DNA from: Chlamydiota bacterium
Lineage (GTDB): Bacteria; Auribacterota; JACPWU01
Direction of reading: 5' to 3'
Length of the DNA stretch: 32,000 nucleotides
Assembly: GCA_016196885.1 (NCBI GenBank)
Contig: JACPWU010000046.1
Coordinates: 35,285 to 67,284 of the forward strand
How positions within the stretch are numbered: the first letter of the stretch is position 1; each line of letters starts with the position of its first letter. The notes under the pieces were generated by a model. It had not been told where the DNA came from and did no database searches. It saw only the letters and a program-made list of their open reading frames with translations. This document shows, in pieces, positions 31,801 to 32,000 of this stretch. The position numbers and the translations under genes were made by a program.

Positions 31801-32000
31801 CTTGCTCGATCCAATTTTTGTTTGAATCACTTGAATATTTGTTCCCAAAATATAAGTGTTTCCATCCACACGCTCATCCGTCAATGCCGCGAGAGGAAAC
31901 CAGCCATTGGTTAAATTAGCCACCACAACCATGGCCTGATCAGCGGCTTCATAACTTCCCAATGATTCTTTTAAAGCCTCCCTTCGCTTCAGAATAAGAT
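21334..32000 (-). CDS. Maximal giant ORF (>3,555 codons, 5' end open at the window edge): HAD-like + membrane block + HExxH modules + novel repeats + SF1B helicase
   Basis: No in-frame stop from 32000 down to the TAG at 21334-21336. The track start at 31962 is a TTG and the frame continues open upstream (..LILKRREALKES-LGSY..). Most of the translation looks like genuine protein, but 28805-29939 is antisense to better plus-strand genes (see findings). Confidence 0.55.
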   Translation of the reverse strand, partial: LILKRREALKESLGSYEAADQAMVVVANLTNGWFPLAALTDERVDGNTYILGTNIQVIQTKIGSSKIENVGFTGYFDDVFSDEEKSKIGRARQVIVVDVSFGSMESPEHSPNKFHYPSAFVGYLCYLMKSKGIAIPQSWEAWFANSLGLLRRQGTEVKFWYPRAWYPVEHSAPLLGEFDGPYEPVPQGYDSSNETGEPRLGTQGQEWIFCHAALPRKTNIDRLHLSGNALQWKRWDDKGKEREGQLVAQRSNGGWKLKTSWRLTNGLRGLWNDFIEGETFKEIFRDDSSFPLQANHAENEIHLLALDLDGTLVTPKKTPLSSQMVEKLVNILWSHADLSLMVVTMQGMEELRKNVIRPLEERMQGWTPEQRDPILNRIGLFPCGSAQGYLWEEESWAKKYDKAEEQEIDFSQLAQVLGESVHNRGASLEAYGSGGRLVEQLKQKPDDQIRAMAEKLEVSEDGWHIVPKGITKAVGRDFMMSKRGIVPGQALAIGNDPSLSLDGDLWMQPLGGCFREVHSPDETLAVLDRFFPAFSEAESVTEKAEAGIIPLLSWAIENFRVFKGLEIELEHQATIEHVTFWGLSALAVLSGGFAGFGILAFVWASFTVGHIPGRKRLLKELGLRAPPWSGIFRIALENFAAVSVAYTLFLISSHWMMIASFGVGFFVLTTWRHHRMNLGYLNQFVVAKTQQPFQDGVRSGEKLRDEVPPREQGQQVDLLHAVLWRVQDFFWKGQGRSQVRRQSVPPQESDHPVLGETKRILRILLKVLDFSQTRFFPSLFILLQEVVNVTFPIVTKISFSSIQGLIVILNEKWVFVNLSTGPDQVSMGKAMSGIVPDNDLPDPVMGNFNLDGKTRNCLPYPGMFMSSSYVGVQGNQVENRFGRGHKGSLTTLPRGVNGLGVVPHLQFFRSHWFVIGFFGVGLFALTMWRHHQMNLEYLRAVVEKNQEASAESRFSTMTSLPSSNLNSSRSTLTLIWFLMMRRSPSILSSFSSTRPIRMRTSPISSVFLATISYRVSNFSLASFLKLVSPSPITLNWPRISSIRTELYRWVSSEVGTGFGDFFSSMMERILKILSKRVNRNVERQELPEVKLQDLTSVIAHMEGLSFKKGESGVWIKRQGFKNGKRIDLTNEERLKEYKRFIHSKGKKESFVLRHGDEKGSQVEAVFDFPGADLGKVELIRQAFQQQMDRMTDAEQGQLLAQVRSREKAGYAGAFVISLLENSRHPFEDHQGNGFIGISKQLFAQNIDNSFLFKLLNLGLRHELRHEMKEKLDEELDAFEKELFDQDVDYARELGIAVRDLISVDLFQGSSALIVALQKQSKTFSRRWFLGGLGVVGVVGVSYWLGFLRPQKKESKIPVAPSSSNSFMNTPALSDQAQALQKLQSIQEGMLESPQKEKAQVLLEKLRTREIQLVVVRGRGGKGVKAPMTMEPLDQKLTVNLDLITEAYRKYALEAFMAHEAFHIDHTPYLKEHKRITEEMGKILGSDRRLQVERLKEDGSLRVLFQRRLALGFWPEILANEQAMEYIALVLRERQNDFQLEYNQDENSRTYFNQILKRGVLDQKQKLNLRRMIWNTIDVYMRGIYIDEWIFALHLESALGHAPPFENERVLKRMLNDNDKVFFLGLLYSGRGLSQEKITHDVGDVIDKGQHPLFQYLFVDPLSREWESKFGVSGPAPSNIANMEGLKLKNEGPMMWWGQGIEGKDIQQIKGQVKAQSKSLGEIAGKAVWIDKEILSRFTAFGFEGSNDFEKFLKEYLAEQFDHSPPQGNEIILSLLSSSTHLFEDHQTNGFIGINGQVFNSRISPACRLKLLKLGLRHELRHESGVGNTIEEEAMLLEEDIEYVLQELKITVEELTMFRTMLQEEGLGFAQRVYQWLRAKELSSEEGKAETVYQLTHLELEGTQSVRWCQETNDDGQLLFSVTVNGVRKQRYLSTSGSKNSGKVWVDVMRFYTREWGWVYRTRREVHENGRRRFIISESRLEWDESHNSWTFKNLDRTVLGRMRREVVAHLSMGKSEAQKSDAVRELGWWKQGTIGNGKLTYGWGKNSALLSTGSIEEGEAEVRRFFDSMRKEWIYETRRRVAEEGVSKTIICQSRLKWEEDKGHWVFEPIEDPIREQIVAHLRMSKTKAQKRKAVEPFEDWEVPTDARGDISFYWVDEQKKEHHVSAATGTKKECPSVAKLSRTFDPEWGWVYKTRRVVAGEEFINFLRMVWNEDKKHLDLKPFDPSEERIVQHVRMGQKGLEKNAVKPFEGPWSLKADKFGRVVVTWTEETGRGELKKKMEKRVVLPTGPGQGPVEIRRFYDDSLAGWIYETRKRFHRKTIFRFHRLVLKGNAIGFQPRLSSGYSNVEQVQVALREREAGGFGNDVWSLLNGMMPNRPLWVAALKWNVTLPSITVLDGEFNGEAEVASMQLPGEKGFLLKTRTRKEVLDELDMLIAGTAKLKTDGRASKNGMRPELQRAMAIALMDLKQKIEEGTATDAVKEFLGLREPTPISRLDIEDAHSGMDRNTENDPFQSHAQDVSLNPKANVILIQGGAGSGKTSTLVGIVQQFVQQGKRVMVVSRTNRAVDHLLARLDKIELPIMRVYNKGVDGGGDERILEKLRKYWVRDRQNFNQYDREGARICEHRWNLNGNGYVVGATIHSMGLVPETYRNDFDVVIVEEAGTVNEAETLLAVAKAREKVVLAGDHRQLQPYFESQWMAGHGKEFLRLMKRSGMGRRWDRGYPQVFLARNYRSHPAITVLVGLLFYRRLMVPKYWRMMERDTLRMVDVPMEGNHPNEEKEGKSYKNLKEAEQALREYQRALLSGYRPEQITILTGYAAQVDLIRDLLKSYLTQKRDMNPDRAEGLVREQVSTVDSYQGRENHVVIYSFVRSNSAGEVGHIRNLNRLNVALSRSIDRLVVMGDRETLMGVKSSQSKKKFTLFFHGLRKWMREMKQLYQNQNHDFYTLREAIQAKNQARGRKRLMEDVEGVSLIPQSIQRLEDYLIGRNVEARQIMTEKEYAFLEDLHEKALQEQRRMKLAQEDYENEIQELIQLSEKYPDLIAYDADKNICELKWLMEEGRPVQLGWEEWVATVLGRDVVKERLDPKRGVDEYARRLLLNQLRLLMGQTNELDRDEAFEKALDRVVRLITRENVRVGALRQAVLKLIGAMEKGEKVDQEGRRQAKSAIFRDLLQLAGAVRGLDLKDQELEKIANFIMNGKGELPRHIPQYEGFSDYTESLYLDDLLAAMWEDPSTESVIPRVTRDLVLTSRSSRIHIVNANLDEEFLSYLLTALESWEGQNPATLDLNLPEEPGSSERAHVIARVRMINPSTHEVEVVCSSLWVEMGRVYKTQHREQISHLPAHQVSIMDQDIVGISVTDQGQMHVDPTALNQYLNDLREAGKEEDFKGLIPVFVNENVKESDEVLEKSARQALSLSPNLKNVQVFVIREGKTRLSPQNYLQMIQTEAKKRFGQEMTGQSLEEIWFVSSSLKERLGDELNSVMAWVVEGRLDQAKLAVILDILAQHGQKISDDLRSIDPPAMDEMNQKRHLQLRSTKRLASLKAMMDLTQTQM
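23270..24450 (-). other. Upf1/DNA2-like SF1B helicase core within the giant ORF
   Basis: Walker A GGAGSGKTS (24376-24402), Walker B FDVVIVEEAG, motif III VVLAGDHRQLQP (23921-23955), NYRSHPAI, VDSYQGRENHVVIYSFVRSN and motif VI NRLNVALSRS (about 23324-23360). Confidence 0.85.
24980..26290 (-). repeat. Four tandem ~117-aa (about 351-nt) protein repeats of an unrecognised domain
   Basis: Recurring core: VMRFYTREWGWVYRTRREV (26111-26160), VRRFFDSMRKEWIYETRRRV (about 25751-25815), SRTFDPEWGWVYKTRRVV (about 25407-25456), IRRFYDDSLAGWIYETRKRF (about 25051-25107). Each of the first three cores is followed by SRLxWxEDxxHWxFxP and (I)VAHLxMxK..AQK..AV; the fourth repeat lacks these trailing motifs. Confidence 0.8.
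26420..26985 (-). other. HELRH module, copy 2 (paralogue of 28090-28725)
   Basis: IANMEGLKLKNEG ... LFEDHQTNGFIGINGQVF ... LKLGLRHELRHES; HELRH codons at 26536-26550. Confidence 0.6.
26986..27960 (-). other. Region with a third HExxH motif (AFMAHEAFHIDH)
   Basis: HEAFH codons at 27613-27627. The region follows the twin-arginine-like hydrophobic segment. No family recognised. Confidence 0.4.
27963..28035 (-). other. Twin-arginine-like motif plus hydrophobic helix (TFSRRWFLGGLGVVGVVGVSYWLG) inside the giant ORF
   Basis: SRRWFLG matches the S/T-R-R-x-F-L Tat consensus and is followed by about 20 hydrophobic residues. It could equally be an internal transmembrane helix. Confidence 0.5.
28090..28725 (-). 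other. HELRH module, copy 1
   Basis: IAHMEGLSFKKGESG ... PFEDHQGNGFIGISKQLF ... LNLGLRHELRHEM; HELRH codons at 28204-28218. Confidence 0.6.
28805..29164 (+). CDS. 119-aa coiled-coil protein of unknown function, antisense to the giant frame
   Basis: MEEKKSPKPVPTSEETQRYNSVLIEEMRGQFKVIGEGLTSFRKEANEKFDTLYEMV...LEGRLVIVEKRLSALAS has balanced, heptad-like composition. The opposite-strand translation over the same bases has 30 Ser in about 120 residues by my count. No clear SD. Confidence 0.55.
   Translation: MEEKKSPKPVPTSEETQRYNSVLIEEMRGQFKVIGEGLTSFRKEANEKFDTLYEMVAKNTEDIGDVRIRMGRVEEKLERMEGDLRIIKNQIKVKVDLEEFKLLEGRLVIVEKRLSALAS
29172..29275. repeat. Direct repeat copy A (about 105 nt), immediately 3' of the 28805 gene
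   Basis: 29186-29271 aligns without gaps to 29957-30042, with 71 of 86 positions identical by hand count. On the minus strand it encodes SHWFVIGFFGVGLFALTMWRHHQMNLEYLRAVVEKNQE. Confidence 0.8.
29344..29664 (+). CDS. 106-aa small protein with RYDTAHGFAHRD motif (first gene of a two-gene cassette)
   Basis: ..KVIVRYDTAHGFAHRDLIRASGKVDKNPLFVQNYNEALDTAEADLRNNWESYVDNFLKENE resembles, from memory, small uncharacterised proteins with an (R)YDxAHG..H motif that precede a ~90-aa partner. Its stop overlaps the next ATG (TAATG). The N-terminal 30 aa look poor, so the start is uncertain. Confidence 0.55.
   Translation: MAPTKTIFYLVALNSNVRRRHKHTRIGKTVTSFSVQIKISHNRIWKVIVRYDTAHGFAHRDLIRASGKVDKNPLFVQNYNEALDTAEADLRNNWESYVDNFLKENE
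29664..29939 (+). CDS. 91-aa small protein, DUF5647-like by recollection (second gene of the cassette)
   Basis: MTEKILFEKNLELSTEFSKYVLSHPELDDQIPEGAQIVFLLESDPALSKKNLELAKEQHEEGQPVVLVHVEGLRP.. has normal globular composition. AAGGAG (29650-29655) lies 8 nt upstream of the ATG. The family name is recalled, not verified. Confidence 0.7.
   Translation: MTEKILFEKNLELSTEFSKYVLSHPELDDQIPEGAQIVFLLESDPALSKKNLELAKEQHEEGQPVVLVHVEGLRPEVSRLISPRLEKAVGF
29940..30046. repeat. Direct repeat copy B (about 105 nt), immediately 3' of the 29664 gene
   Basis: Partner of 29172-29275 at an offset of 771 nt (257 codons). On the minus strand it encodes SHWMMIASFGVGFFVLTTWRHHRMNLGYLNQFVVAKTQQ. Confidence 0.8.
29990..30360 (-). 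other. Multi-helix hydrophobic (membrane) block of the giant frame
   Basis: IIPLLSWAIENF, VTFWGLSALAVLSGGFAGFGILAFVWASFTV, IFRIALENFAAVSVAYTLFLI and HWMMIASFGVGFFVLTTW are consecutive hydrophobic stretches of helix length. Confidence 0.6.
30470..31100 (-). other. HAD-superfamily-like phosphatase fold within the giant frame
   Basis: Motif I LLALDLDGTLV (about 31066-31086). A long cap-like insert, conserved Lys region PKGITKAVG, and a terminal acidic motif AIGNDPSLSLDGD (30481-30537). The pattern fits Cof/IIB-type HAD proteins, but similarity was judged by eye only. Confidence 0.5.

Noticed and set aside
21334-32000. Alternative genetic code or stop-codon reassignment as the explanation for the giant ORF
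   Set aside because: Reassignment would be needed to explain stops being read through, not their absence. Neighbouring genes end normally at TAA and TGA and are full length under the standard code.
21334-32000. Giant ORF as an RHS/YD-repeat, RTX or adhesin-type polymorphic toxin
   Set aside because: No YD/RHS, Ig-like, cadherin or nonapeptide repeats are seen. The only repeats are the four ~117-aa units, and the helicase core is a cytoplasmic-type enzyme.

Overview
Bacterial chromosomal window, moderately AT-rich by eye, standard genetic code (TAA and TGA both terminate good genes). Nearly all convincing genes are on the minus strand. Left to right: a vapBC-type toxin-antitoxin pair (+). Then a tightly packed minus-strand block, valS <- HEPN/MNT TA pair <- cimA <- lysC <- thrC <- hom (aspartate-family plus citramalate-route amino-acid biosynthesis). 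Then dedA, a siroheme-type sulfite/nitrite reductase, and the classic pbpC + alpha-2-macroglobulin (yfhM-like) pair. The right third (21334 to the window edge) is one uninterrupted minus-strand reading frame of more than 3,555 codons. It strings together an unknown N-terminal region, a HAD-like phosphatase fold, a multi-helix membrane block, two paralogous HELRH modules plus a third HEAFH module, four ~117-aa tandem repeats of an unrecognised domain, a Upf1/DNA2-like SF1B helicase core and a ~650-aa unknown tail. The oddest observation is that this frame runs antisense, without a stop, through three better-looking plus-strand small genes (28805-29939) that occupy all three plus frames. ~105-nt direct repeats (offset 771 nt) follow two of those gene blocks. 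I cannot place this architecture in any described system. A second theme is repeat families (tandem heptamers, GC-rich palindromic elements, mirrored hairpins) that fill intergenic spacers. These have been absorbed in frame into valS, dedA, pbpC and the alpha-2-macroglobulin gene. A 184-nt rod-like palindrome with a central bubble (12797-12980) could be a 6S-like sRNA or a MITE. I recognised no rRNA, tRNA, CRISPR array, transposase or integrase.
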